Shown here one piece after another: positions 12,501 to 27,500 of a DNA stretch of 64,000 nucleotides. The first letter of the stretch is position 1. Every line of letters starts with the position of its first letter. A program made the position numbers and the translations under genes. This DNA is from an uncultured Lachnospiraceae bacterium (GTDB lineage Bacteria > Bacillota > Clostridia > Christensenellales > UBA1242): assembly GCA_964646345.1 (NCBI GenBank), contig CAZYDU010000004.1:1256-65255 (forward strand), given 5' to 3'. The notes under the pieces are model-generated. The model was not told where the DNA came from. It searched no databases and saw nothing but the letters and a program-made list of their open reading frames with translations.

Positions 12501-15500
12501 GAATTATCTATGTAAACGATTTGTGCGTAGCTTAGCATATATGCAATAATTCTGCTATTTGTTACATAGTATTTAGAATCATTTTTCGAAAATGTCGTTC
12601 CAGCTGATTCAAACAAATGCTGAGCAGGGTAGAACATTGTTAAAGATGAACCATCTTTTCCTGCTATTGATTGGTCGTTTTCAGTTACTTCAATATGCAA
12701 AATTGTTATATCATTTTCAGTTAAAGTAAAGTTAGATTTATTCTTCAAATTCTCATCACTTGTGTTAAATTTAATAGTAAGTTTTGTGTAATACCTTTGT
12801 CCAAAACTATCCGTTTCATATTTAGAATTAGAAAAATCAATCGTGAATGATGTAATATCAAGAGTTGAACCTGAAAGAGATTTCGTAAATCTAGATGAGT
12901 CGTCTAAATTTTGATTCAAATTGTATTGAAGATCAATAACTGAACCTTGTTGAATACGTCTGATATATTTGTTTTCACTTGCTTCAAATGTGAGAGAAAC
13001 ACTGTATGGGTATGTAGCAGAATAGTCATCTCCAGATGACATGTCTTGCGAACCATCACCATTAAGTTTGTTTGTTTCGCCAAACATTGCGTAAATATAA
13101 ACATCAGACATCACAGTGAATGTGAATGAATAACCAACATCTTCAACATAGTAAATTTCATTACTTATTTCATTTTCATTATAAGAAACCATAAAACCTT
13201 TGAAGCTATCAGTCTGATATTCTGCAGAAAGTGAAACCGTAAGTTGTGTGTATTTTGAGAAATATTTGCCAATTACACCATACATCATTGGTTTATTTTT
13301 TAGTTCATTCAAAATACTAGCAGTTGTACATTTGTCTGAGAATTTATAACATGTTAATCCGTCAGCACTTAGTACTTTTGCTTGATCTGGTGACACTGAC
13401 ACACTAGATTCCAAGTTCCCAGCATATGTTGTTAAAGTTTTGTAATAATAACCATTATAGTAATAATACTCAACTGCATTCAATGTTTTGTATTGAATTT
13501 CAGATACATATTTTTGGTTGCTCATTGAGTTTGTTAACATTAAGTCACTTGAAATAACCGTGATAATTGAGCTTACATCTTTTGAGTTGAATTTTTCAAC
13601 ATTGAATGGTTTAACAGTAACTTGCAAAGCATTTTCTTGGTCTCTAACTGTGATATTGACAGAATCATCGGGAGATGGGTTTTCCTGATTAATATTGTCA
13701 TAATAGTTACCGCTATTAACATTTGCCTGACCAAATTTTAGATAGTAGGTATAAACTTGGTTAAGGTTTGTTGAAAGTGTAATAGATTGCGAGCTATTAA
13801 CTGAATATGTTGTATCTTTAACAACAGGGTCTGACGATTCGACATTACTTACTCTATCTAAAAATTTGAAGTCATTTCTTGCACCAAGTTCGTTAATTGT
13901 AAACTTCGAACTAGCCAAGGTAGTAACTCTAATTGTATTGTTAGCGAGACTAGCAAACTTAGCACCCAAAATTGAGTTATTTACTTGTTGTTGAACATAA
14001 TAATTTGACATCGTCACTTTGCCATTCACATAAATTGAAGACATTTCAGTGTATGATATATCAAATGTGCAATATTCAACATAAAGAGCATAGTATGTGC
14101 CTTTATCTGTTGGAATACCGCTAGCTCCAGGTTCATTGCTAACTAGATAATAAACATCACCTAGATATCTAAACCAGCCAAGGAATAGGTAATTTTTATT
14201 ATTATATTCTTTCGATAATGGAGTACCATCAAATGGACTTTCAACGTAAGATGTATTGATGCCATTGTATCTAACCTTTAAGACGTTAGATGTTCCATCA
14301 TTATATGATGAAGCATCTTTGAAGTTTGCAACCAATGTTAGGTTTTTGGTTGCATATAAAGAAACTTCTTTTTCATCTGACATTAAGTTAACCGACTTAA
14401 TGTCACTCATATACCAACGAGTGTTAACTAGATTTGCGTTGAAATCAAGTTTAGTTCCATAAGGAACTGTAATTGTGAAATTACCATTAGAAGTTTTTGC
14501 ATCAACACCTTCAATGTTTGTTGTTGCTGAATAGCTATTTGGATTTGTTGTGAATGTTGTTGTTGCATAATTATTGCTTACTTCAACATTAAAAGACAAG
14601 CTTTCATTAGTTGTTGTAGAACCATTATCTTTCATGTTGACAGTAACAGTTACATTTTGAACAAATCTAGCTTCAATAACAACATCAGTATTATAATTAA
14701 GGTTAATTTTAAATGTTTTTCCAGTTGTTGTTGATGGATTTGCACAGCCATAAGAACCTTCTTGATAAATTCCGTTCACATAGTAACCAACAAATGTATA
14801 GCCAGAATAATAGTTAGCTTTGCATTCAAATACTGAATAGGTTGAGTTAAAGAGATAAGTTTGACCTGAATAAGCTGAACCGCCAGTATTTGTAACACGT
14901 CCATATGTTATCGTACCGCCATTAGTTGTATTGCTTGTGAGAGAACCAAGCCCAGTTCCATCAGCAAGAACCGTTGTTGTGATTAAGCTGAATATGTGAT
15001 AATTATCAACAGCTGCCAAGATGTTAAATCTTGAATTGAAATCATATTGCTTTCCAGCTTTTTTGATTGATTCAATATAAACATCTTTTGTTTTTGTGTA
15101 AGAAATTGTTGTTGACAATCTATCATTGGTTTCCGAGTTTGTTGCTTGGAATGAGTTACTGCTGTTGAATGTAAAGTTATTAGCAGTTTCTTCGTCCATG
15201 TAAGGGTAATGTTTGCCATTGGTTGCAACATTACTCTTAATTGTGTAGTAGAAACCATCTTGTGGAGTGAGAACCATTGCCTTGCTAGATGATGTTAAGA
15301 AATATGTTCCAACCAAAACGTCCATTTTGATTTGAACTTTGTCAGTAGAAATAACAGAAATAAATGTTTTTCTATCATGTGTATTGTCTGCTTTATCTTT
15401 CACATAGTCAAAACCTGAGAAAGTGTAGCCAAACACACTACCTGAACTAATAGCTTCGTTTCTATTTGTTTCATCGGTTGTGTTAGGAAGTTCAATCGTG

Positions 15501-18500
15501 ATTGTTTTAATCATTACAAAACGAGCTACCAAAGTATTTGTATTTAGTTTTTTAAGTTTGTTGTAAGCATCAACAGAATCATAATCAGAATACTCATTTG
15601 AAACTAACAAATATCTTGGTGTTGTTTTGTTATCATTAACTCTTAACCACCAACCTGTAAATGCATATCTATTGCCATCATAACTGAGAATATTATTAGT
15701 TACATTGAGTGTTGAAACTGTTAAGGAATCTGTTGTGCCATTGCCAACAAGTTCAGCTTTATATTCAGTTGTGACTGTTGGGTTTGATTTATAACTGCTA
15801 TATTTAGCAACAAGGTCAATAACTGATGTATATCCTGAATAATTACCATCACGAGCTGCAAGCAAGGTAAATTCTGAAGCATATGAAACAACTGAAGTAT
15901 TGGTTGCATAATTCGCAGAATCATAAATATACCAACCACTGAAATAAATGTTTTCATTGCCACTTATTGTGGTTTTTTCATTTGTAACTTTTAATGTAAC
16001 TTCAGTTCCATACGGAACGGTGAAATACGTGTAAAGTTGTCCTGATGATCTATTCCAAATTGACTCAGTCATTGTGTTTGATTTTGATGAGTTAACTGTT
16101 TCACTTTCATAATATAAAGTTTTTGTTGACTTTAAGAAATAGTGTTTAGTTCCATCTCCATAAACGACTGCTTCCCAATCATCTTCCTTGAAAGTGTACT
16201 GGGTTGTTGAATATAAATTTGTATAATACTTCATATTCTCATTATATTTTGAACCAGCTTCAAGTTTAATACGACTAGATGATGAGTAAGTTAAATTTGT
16301 ATAGATATTTTTCAAAGTAAATTGAATGTCAATTTTTTTGTTTGTTTTAGTAATTCCATATTTATCATGGAGAATATCCACATCTGAAATATCATTTACA
16401 GCAGCACGAACATATATTTTTACTTTTTTAGAGAATTTAACTTCTATAGTAATATTATTTTCAAATGCTTCGTATTTCTTTCCAGATTCCGTAAAATCAA
16501 AAGCATTGGTTTCTTCTAACAAATATCTTAAGTTTATATTTAAAGTACCACTAAAGCCATAGGTATCATAACCGCAATTAGCAACTGACAGGTAAACACC
16601 ATTGATGAATACACCTGTGGTTGTATAATTACTATTTGGACTGATGGTAAGTTTTAAACAATCATAAGTATTTGAGAAGAATGTGCCATCATTAAGAGTT
16701 GATGGGGAAGTTGACCTGAAAGCTTTGATTGTAACATCGCCACCGTTTGTTGAACTTGCTCCAGATGAATTATATTTGTAATCATCATAGGTTGTAACAA
16801 CTGTGTTGATGTCATAAATTCTTTCAAAGTTTGCAATAACAACTATATTTGTTACAATAACATCTGAAGGAATTTCAAGGAATGAAATATCAGCATTGTC
16901 TGTTAATTGAACTGTTGACCTTTCAACGTCAATAACTTTCTTAACCATAGTCAATGAATTACCTTCAATTTCCATTGACAATGTTGTTAGTTTATACGTA
17001 AAGCTAACAAAATTGAAACCTAATGTGTGACCAGCTGTTAGGTATAGGTTTGTTCCAGACCTAGCATAAAGAGCAATTTCTGGATTTGAAAAATCATTGT
17101 CTTCGATTGTATATGAATTTAGGGTATTAGAAATCTTATATCCATTTGCTAGTGAATTTAAATTGATAACACCATTGCCATCTACAGCGTAACCGAGCAA
17201 TGCTTTTAAGTCTTCTTTTGAATAAAGTTGACTCAAATCAGAATATGCACCATTCTTCATCAATGAATATTGCAACAAGTTACCTGAAATGATTGATGAT
17301 ACGAGTGGGGTACTCTTATCTTGAACTGCATCATAATAATAGGTTGATTGTGGGGTTGTATCATAAGTAACTTCAGTATAGAAACCATAAGAAGCTGAGA
17401 ATTTCATGTTATCTGATGGAATATAAACATAATTTGCACCACTTATTGTTCCGTTAAGTTCACCAGTGATGTTTTCAAGCACGGCATTTCTACTGATTGA
17501 TTTTGTTTCTCCACCATAGCTGAATGTATAGTAAGCACTATCTCCACTCGTTGTGCTTCTGTGAAGTGATTGAATGCCAATCACTGTATTGGTGTCTGAA
17601 TTATATATCAAAACAAATCCGTTCACACCGTCAGAAGAACCTGTAGCAATGTCTTCAACATTCACTTTAATTGTTTGGTCAGTTGAATACAAATAACCAT
17701 TCAAATACCAACCATAGAATACAATACCAAGATTATAATCCTTTGCTTTTTCTGAAACACAGGTTGATAAAACTTGAGATGTATATTGCTCTATTCTGTG
17801 AAGTGGTTGTGTTGTTGTTAATCTATCTGTTGAATGATAGAAAGTTCTGTTTTTTAAAGTACTTGATATGTTATTTTCTGTAGATAAATCGTAATATGAT
17901 AAATAATGTGTATCAGTATAATTAACTTTACTGTTATCTTCACCGATTGTATTGTAATTCAATGTTGATTTAACTTCAACAAGTTTTAACAAATCAGTAG
18001 GGGTTGTTACGCCACCAATATTGATTACATCATTACCAATTTCGCCTTCCAAAGTTCTTTCAATGGTTGTTGTATAAGAACTATGGTAGTTAAGTTGCAA
18101 ACTAATATTTCCAGTGTTATCAAGTTGGTTTGCAATGAAGCTCGATGAAATAACAAACCTGCCTTCGTTATCAATTTCAAGATATCTTGCTTGTAATGAA
18201 AGGTTTTGTGTTGCATAAACAAGTACACTTTCAGTGCTCATATATCTATTGCTTACAGATGGGTCAATATAAGGAATAATGTAAACATTAGTTCCTTTAG
18301 CTATTGTGACATCAGTGTAATACAAGTTGTTTGTTGTATCAATATGCTCAGCATAGATGTATGCAGTTTGATAAGACACATCAGATAATGATGATTTATA
18401 TTGTATTTTTGCATCAAATAAGGAAATAAATTTAGCTTTTGTTTCATCACTTTGTAAATAATACGAATAGTCATCAGCATGAATGTCTTGTTCACTAAGT

Positions 18501-21500
18501 GATTTGTAAACACGAACAGTGATAACTTCTGAGAAGAATGCGTAAATCTTAACGACTGTTGATCCATTTAAATCAATATCAGCATTTGCAACCATATCTG
18601 AACTGATAGAAATTGTTGCATCTGATGATGATGAAATAACTTGTTGAACATAAATACAATTTGTATCGTCTTGAATATTTGTTTGTTTAGTATGCCAAGA
18701 AACTCTCCTTGAAAATTCAGTTGAATAAACATTTTTCTCGGTAAATGCAATATTATCTATTGATGTCATTGAAGAACCATGCAAGTAATAATATGTGATA
18801 CCTTCATATTCAAATGAATACCAAGTTCCACCTTTACCTTCAGGTCCAGCACCAGCTTCTGTAACTTTACATTTTTTGTTGTAGTAGTAGTAAACAAATG
18901 AATATTTACTGCCTGACTTTTTAACTTGAATGTTATAGTCAATAATAGAACCTGAGTTGATGTCTACTTCATTTGTTGAAAGAGAGTTTTCAGCAAGTCT
19001 CAAAGCACCACCTGTTGAAGTTTCAGTTCCAAGAGTGTAATACCATGTTGAGTCAATTTTCTCATGTTTAGTATATTTTGACTTTTCTTCATCAACTTCA
19101 AATACTGATTTTTCGTTAGCATTAGTTCCACCATTGCTTCCGCTATATTCAGATGCAGTCATGCCGTCAATAATGGTAACGAGTTTACCAGATGTAGTAA
19201 ATCTAATTTCAAGTGATACATCACCAGGAAGAAGTGGTTGCACATCTTCATAATAAAGTTTATAAACTGTGTATGTTTCGCCACTAATTGTGATTGTTGA
19301 TGTTTCAAAATCACTACTTTCAGCAACTTGTTCGCCGTTTTGGAAAATGCCAACAAGTGATTGATTGCCTTTAGAGAAATAGTAAATATAGAATGATTTT
19401 TGCTGAGAAACCTTTGCTGTCATTAACGCAATATTTTCTGCATTGTATTCAAAGTCTTCTGATGTTAACGCATTAAGCTGATCAATAGTAAGTTCTTCTT
19501 CAGTGATTCTTGAATAAGCAAAGTCTGTGTAATATGAAGCAACGGCTGATTCAGAAAGTGAAGATAATGAATATTGTTTTAATGTTACATTATAAGCTAC
19601 TTCAAATTCATAGCTAAAGCACATAGCATCATTATATTTTGTTATAAGAACATCATTACTTTGTCCAAAATCAAGTTTAATAGAAGGAGTTCCTATAGTT
19701 GCACTTGTGTCAGCTTCTCCAAATTCAGTGTAATCTGGAGCAGGGTAGTAATAAAGCTGACCTGTTGAACCTTTATATTTTCCATTATCATCAAAGTAGG
19801 TGCTATAGTCATTAGCATAAACAAACTTTTGACCACCAGACTTATAGTAGGTTTTGTTTGCATCATAAGCACTACCATAAGCAACATTAACCGAAGCAAT
19901 CTCTCTATCCAGTCTATAGCCTGCGAAACTTAGTTTATATCCAACACCTTCATACACAACAATCTTAACTAGTGAATTATACATTACATAGTTCATGTTG
20001 GTTGATGTGTCAGTTGGAACTTCGAATGTGCCACCTGGGGTAAATGTTGAAACAATATTTGTGTGCTTGATAGTTTTAAATTGGTCATAAGCTTCGCCAA
20101 AATCATCATCACTGCCAAACATTAAATCGTCATCAAGGTAAGATGTATCGACTGCTGATGATAATGAGAATGAACCACCGGAATTGATTGAAATAGTAAT
20201 AGGAAGAACTTTAACATATCTGGCAATAACCGTTCCACCTGGCACAGCACCTTTAAACTCATGATACATATTTGATGTTAATAATGTTTCTTCTTCATCG
20301 AATAATAAATAGAATCCAACAAACTGATAGTAGCTTGAATTTTCTCTATTATAAACGACTTTGTATTGGTCTTGAATTTGGATTGCTAATTGAACGTAAG
20401 AACCTGAACGTGCATCACTACTCTTAAATTTATAAGAAATGGTTTTGCTATATTCTGTATCGCCATAATGGTTATTATATTCACGTACTCCAGGATTTCC
20501 AGCAGAAGCATTCATTAAATTGTCATAATTATAATAAATAATGCCGTTTTTTGCAATAACTGTATCACTATCATATTGATAATAGTTAGTGTAATATACC
20601 AAATCAATAGGAACAACCATGCTATTATCATCATCAGATTCAACAGTTAATTTTTTGTCATCACCCAATTCAACAAACTCATTTTTAATTGATACCATTG
20701 AGTAAGAATCTCTGCCAACAGTATGATAAATTGCTTTATTATCTTCAGAAAGCAAACAGTTGTTGTTGATATCTGAAGCACCAGTTATTGAATTTGGAAC
20801 AGTGTAGTAGTTAATACCAATAAATGCTTCCAAATTTTCTTCATCATATGCCAAATTATCGTCATCGAGTTTTGTTTCATAGTTAAGAAGCGATTTGATA
20901 ACATTCATGTACATATTATTTTCAGTTGCAGTTGAAGGAGATATCATTGATGTACATGCAGTGTTTGTAACAGCGAGATTGGTTTTCCAGTTTGCAAACT
21001 TTTTATCATCAACGCCATTATTTGTTTTGTAAATAATCGCACCAACGAGTCTTCCATTATAACTTTCATCAAAGTATCCATAAACTGTACAGTTACTATT
21101 AACACTATAATAAATTTCGTTGTGTGCAATATCACGATTTAAGCTGAAATAATCTTTTAGATAGAATCCGTCATCATCAACGTCAGATTTTACATAATCT
21201 TCCTTTAATGACGAAGTAATCACACCATCTTCTTCCTTATAGTCTGAAATAAAGAATACTTTATCGAGCGTACCATCTGTTTTGACAGAGAACAATACAA
21301 AGACGCTATCATCTACAGTAGTTCCACCATCGGTACGTTTTAAATTACTAATAACAAATTCAGTAAAGATAACTTCTTTGGCTGTTAAATTTACAGAACA
21401 TGATATACATGCTTTTGCATTAGTACCATCTTTTTCAGCATCATCAAGAGATAATCTTAAAAGTGGGAACTTGATATATGACGCACTTGTCATTGACCAA

Positions 21501-24500
21501 TCTTTGAAGCTTACTTCTTCAGCTGGATTATTAGTTTGTGTTTGATAATATTGAAGTGAACTATTAAATGTGAAGTTTTTAGCTAGATTATCATTAATTT
21601 TTACACTAAACGTATCATTAAATCTATAGCCACCGACAGGACTGATAAACAAAACTGGGGCACTTGAATAATAGAACCAACCAGAAATGGTTATAATGTT
21701 TTCGTTGTATTTGTAAAGTTCTTTAGCTTCATTGTTCCACTTGCCACTATCCCAATCGCTAGCAAGGTAAGAGTATTTAGTGTATTTTCCATCTGCTCCA
21801 AGCAAATAGTATAATGAGCTATCTTCTGAAACCCAAACATTGCCAAGGTTTACTTTTTCGTAAGAATTTTCTGATTCTTTTTCAACAAATTTTTCATTTC
21901 TTGAATCAAGTGGGTCTCTGAATGATGCTTCAAATTTTGTCTTGTCATAAGAGAATGAAAACTCTGTTAAAGCAACGAACATAGCAACAATGTTCATATC
22001 TGCTTCAGTAGCTGTTACAAATGGTCTGTATAACTCAGTTGTTAAACATTCCATTTCTGACCAAACACCATTTTCTTCATTATAGGTTTGACAATACCAA
22101 CCAGCAAAGGTGTAAGCTCCTGTGATGTTAAACTCATCAATGTATTGCAAACTTGCATCAGCTGTTTTTGGAGAACCAATATAAACAGTTCTATAGTCTT
22201 CAGTGTAAATATAATAAACACTCTTGGTTTCATCTGATGAATCTTTCGAATGGCAAATAACAACATAGTCGCCATTATTAATCTTGAAATAGCTTTCAGA
22301 AGGGGTGTATTTGCTTAATTGACCATCTTCTTCGCCTTCTTTATCTCTATTAGTTTTTGTTGTTCTCTTTAACATCACATTATCATAAGATGATATATAG
22401 TCAAAGTTTTCAGTTGAACCAGTATAGTATGTCTTCAATCCACCCCAAAGAACTAGGGTATTTTCAGCAAATAACATGTCGCCATATGAAGCATAGTTAA
22501 GTTCGCCAGCAACATCTAGTGATTCAGCATACAAGCGTTTTGTATCAAAGTTACCATTATAGCCTTGAGAATATTGAAGCTCGAATTGTTGTTTCTTTTC
22601 ATATCCGTCAATATAAATCATTGGGTCAGATGCAATATTCTTACTTTCAGCTGAGCCAATGTAATTGTAATCAGCAAAAGAAGTTTTAACACCACCACTA
22701 ACATGGATTGTATCATCTAGGATATAGTAAGGGTTATAAGCAAAGTTTTCTGTTGTTGAACCATCAGTGATGAATATGTCGCTTGACTTATCGTTTACTA
22801 GGTTGCTAGTAGAGAATGTGTCAAGTATTGATGTTGAAACACTAACAGTATAAATCTTGATAGATGAAAGGTTGATATAGTTTCTTGTGCCGGAATTTTT
22901 TGGCATGTTGTAATTGAATACTTTTGAAGCAATTACAATTTCATCTTTAGATGCACCATAATTTTCAAAGAATGATGTTGAAACATTTATGGCACTTGCA
23001 GAAGGCAACTTATCCTTATCAATATCATACATTGTAAGTCTCTTGATAGACAAAATGTATAATTCACTAATAGATTTCATTCTATTACTTGTAGATTTAA
23101 TATAATCATTATAAGAAATAGTTGATTTCAAAGATTTTTTATAAACTTCGTAGTAACTCTTAGAATATAAAACATATCTTAGTGTGAATACAGAACTGTT
23201 ACCAGTGGTTGCAAAGATAATCTGATTCATTTGAGAAATGAAATCACCAAGTGATACAAATGCATTATTTTCCAATGTATACAAAATTGACACATCAGAT
23301 TCTGTTAAACCTAAGTAATCTTTGAGTTTTTTTCTATTGTATGTCAAATTTAGTAAACCATCAATTAGCTTATCGTTAACATAAACTGAACCATCGATTG
23401 TCATGTAATAATTCAAGTCATATAAACCTGGGGTTTTCTCTAATTTATATGCAGAATTATTGTTGAAGAAATTCTTCAAACGACTTGCTAAATTACTAAA
23501 CATTGTAACAAGGTTCTTTTGTTTATTACTTGACGTGCAGTTAGTATAAAGATTATTAAACATGAAGATAAAATATCGTCTAATTTCATCTAATGCTTCG
23601 TCTGTTGTAACGTCATCTTTGCTACTAAACTTGAATGTTTTACCATTATAAGTATATGTTTTACCATACACTGTTGACCCACTTGATAAAATATCATCAA
23701 TGTCTCCATTCAGATAATAGTTATAGAACACAATTTCAGCCATTGTTTTAGACAAAGCGAAAGCATTTTTATAAGTAACAGATGTATTTTTTTCAAATGA
23801 AAGTTTTACATCAAAACTACCATGTTTGCCCATGAATTTTACATAGTTATTTTTAGCGATGTCTAATGTTACAGTTTCCGAACCAGTATAAGCAGCTGAA
23901 ATATCAAAGATAGAATCATAGAATGAAAGGTTGCTACCGCTTATGATTTGGCTAGAAACAAGTCTAGCTTTGTCAGGGTGGAGAACATATTCAGAGTTCT
24001 CATTACCCATGGTTGTTGTAACACCTTCAGTTTGTTCAAGGTCATTGTCGAATGTAACTTTCAAAACATAATATAGATATTTAACATCTTCATTTGTACA
24101 TTCATTAACCAATTCATTGTTTGGTTGAACAACAAAGTTTAGTTCATATCTTGTATCAAGCCCCAAAGAGTGAACAGTGAGCTCATTGCCTTTTTTGAGT
24201 TTTACAAGAACAAAAATTGTTGTGCCAATATCAAAGTAATAGTTCTTTAATGAAAGTTTATTTTTATCAGTAGCATACATTGCATAGGTATTTCTTTCAA
24301 ATGAACCAGAACCACTAGTATTCAAATTATAATTCTTGTTATTATTTACTGTTCCAGTCTTTTTTGTGTACGAAATTTTAGATAGTGCTTCAAAATTAGC
24401 GATTGATTCTTCATCATAGAAATAATGGAAGTAATCTAAACCATTTGTTGAATAGCCATTAGCGTCAAAACCGGTTTCGCCTTTTTTAGATTCATCATGA

Positions 24501-27500
24501 TAAGTATTAAACAAGCTAATTTCATCTTTTTCTTCCTTTGTATCATTAATAACAAAGCAATATGTGTTTTTACCAGTAGAATCATTACGTCCGCCAAGGT
24601 AGTTGTTGTTTACTTTGTTGTTATATAACGCATCATCAGTCTTAACTTTTCCAGCTAAATCAGTTCTAATTTCAGTTTTGTCTGGATCGTCATTATAATA
24701 GTAAATAGCTTCAACCGAAATACCTGAATCTTGTTCGTCTTCAGCCAAAACATAAGCTTGGAAAATTTCAATGAATTTAGCAACGACTCTCATGTTTGTA
24801 TGCAAATTCTGAACGGTTAGAATGTTAGGTTGGTTATAGTCAATTTGGAAATTGCTTAACTTGGTGCTTCTGTAGTATGTTACATCATATTTTAATGTTG
24901 AATTATTGTAAACAAACACTGCATAAACTTGTTCGCCATTATAAGTGTAGGTGGTTTTTGTTGAGATACGTTTACCTGTACCAACAATAGTCCATTCTTC
25001 ACTTACTTTATTTTGGTCGAATGTGTAAGAAACATTAATAGCATCATAGTTGTTCATATAACCAATATAATATGAATCCCAAAGAGACTCGATTGATGCA
25101 TTTTTAGAAGCCGAAGCAAAATTGCTTACCTTTACAGGAGACCTGAAGTCTTCATCAAAATACAAGTCTGTTTTGTCTCCACCTTTCATATAAACTCTAA
25201 CAAATTTTGGGGAAGTTCTACTTAACCCGATGTTTGCATAGAGTGAAACATAAGATGATTTGAGTGATGAAGCAACAATCTTACCATTATTTGAGAAACG
25301 AACTTTAAACTCATCAAAGTATTGGTTTGTGATTGAGTAAGACCTTACATATTCATCGCCGTTAGGGTAGTAACCAACAGTATCAAAAGTAAAGGTTTTA
25401 ACAATAGTATTTGAAGGTTCAAATTCAGTTTTGATAATTTCATCACTATAGTTGGTTTCATATTCTTCATTAACTTTTTTATCCGAAACAACCCAGCCAT
25501 AGTTTTCATCATATTTTGCAAGATACCAACCTTCAAGTCTGTAACCAGAGCTTGGAACAGCAGTGAACACAAGTGTGTCATCTCTGTCATAATAGGTTGT
25601 TTTGTATTCGATTGATGGGTTAACTTCGCCATTTTCATTTATATATAATTCGCCACTTGTTAAGTTATTATCTGGATTATAATAACGGTCGCTATTGCCA
25701 CTGACAATATCATCATTGGTAACAGTGAAGTTAAATTTAGTTCTAATAACTTTAGCAAAACGATTAACATCTGTTAACATGCTTGATAATTTGCTTGTCA
25801 AATTGCTAATGAAATAACAATCATCATTTAAAACATAGTATGTTTTTGTAGAAGTTACCGTTTTGTTTTTCTTTGTTTTTGAAACATATTTTGCAGTTCC
25901 AACATGATAGAGAAGGTCAACAATTCTTGCATCTTCAGAATCAGTAATACCTGGAACATAGTAGTAACCATTAACAGGGAAGGTTACAGACGAACCAGTA
26001 GTAACTGATTTCCCTGTGATATATGAACTAACTTGTTTAAAGTTATAAGAATTATAAACAATTTGTTTGCCGGCAACATCAGTGTTAGCAATTAAAAGTG
26101 TATATTCTGGAGCTGTACCAGTTTTTGACATCGAAGTTGCATCGACAACCATTGGAACGCCTGACTCAAGCTCAACTGAGAAACTGATAGGAATTGTGGC
26201 TGTAAGCACATCGCCTTTATAAACACCAACTTCAAATGAATAAGCTGATTTTCTTAGAAGCACAAATGAAATTGCACTGCTATTTGTTTGATAGTCACTT
26301 GCTAAACCAAACTTAGCAAAAACAGGACTATCGCCAATCATTTGACCAGTGAACAATAGGTAAGCATCGCTATCGCTAACAGTGTATCCTTCTTTTGTAT
26401 ATTGAAGGGTAAATAAATCTTCTTGGTAAGCGTTTTCATAAATTGAAGATGATTGATTTGATGAAGTAATATTAACACTACCGCCAATATTAGGTGTACC
26501 AGAATCGGTAATCATACCAATAGAAATAGAGTAGAGTTTTTCATATACAGGCAAAATGATGTAATAACCTGAAACTTCTGACTTAAATCTCAAGATAGCA
26601 TTCTGTCTATCAAGTAAGTTTTCGGTTACACCAGGATTATAAACAACATAATCCGCATTTTCTCTTGTATAAACACGCCATTCTTTAAATCTATAGAATA
26701 ATTCGCCTTCAAAATCAATGAGTGGGTTAGCAAATAATACAACAGCATCAACTCCAGCTTCCAAATAAACATCTTTTCCTTGGTCGAAATCTGGATTATA
26801 GATTTCAATAGCACTTTCAAGAGTGTAACCTTGATAGTTGTTTGATGAAGAAGTATCAATTTTATCATAAGGAACTTTGTATGCGGTTGTTAAACCAGAA
26901 ACAACAACATTCGAGAAATCAACATTTGATGAATTTGACATAACTGTTGTGTCTAAGTTAGTCAAACCTTCACAAATTGTATTGTCATATTCGCCAATAT
27001 TATCACTAGTTAAAATGATTTGACCTGTTGTTTCATCTTGAACATAGGTGTGAATATCATAATAAGGTGCATCTTTAATTTCTAGAACTGAAGATTCCCA
27101 AATTGCAGCATTAGAAGTTGTTAATGCAACAAAATTGTTATTTTCAATCGTATAAATATTATCGCTATAAATTTTGTGTTCAACACCATTAACCATTGAT
27201 ATTGAATAAGAATCACTGCAATAAATATTTTCATCGCCATCATTCAAAGCACATTCACTGATTTTTAAAATGCTAGAGTATGCTTTATAGAATCCAGAAC
27301 CTGACTTAATATAACCCTGATAATAACTCTTTTGAGTTTCAGAAAGACCAAGATATTCTTCAATAAGCATGTAGCAGTCTGAATCTTTGTTAGTATCTGT
27401 GCTATAATAATATTTTGAGAAAGTTGTGTGAGTTGATGGATTAGCATTTAGATATTTTTTATAGCCTGAAACAGTTTTGTAGGTATGTCTATTAACAACA

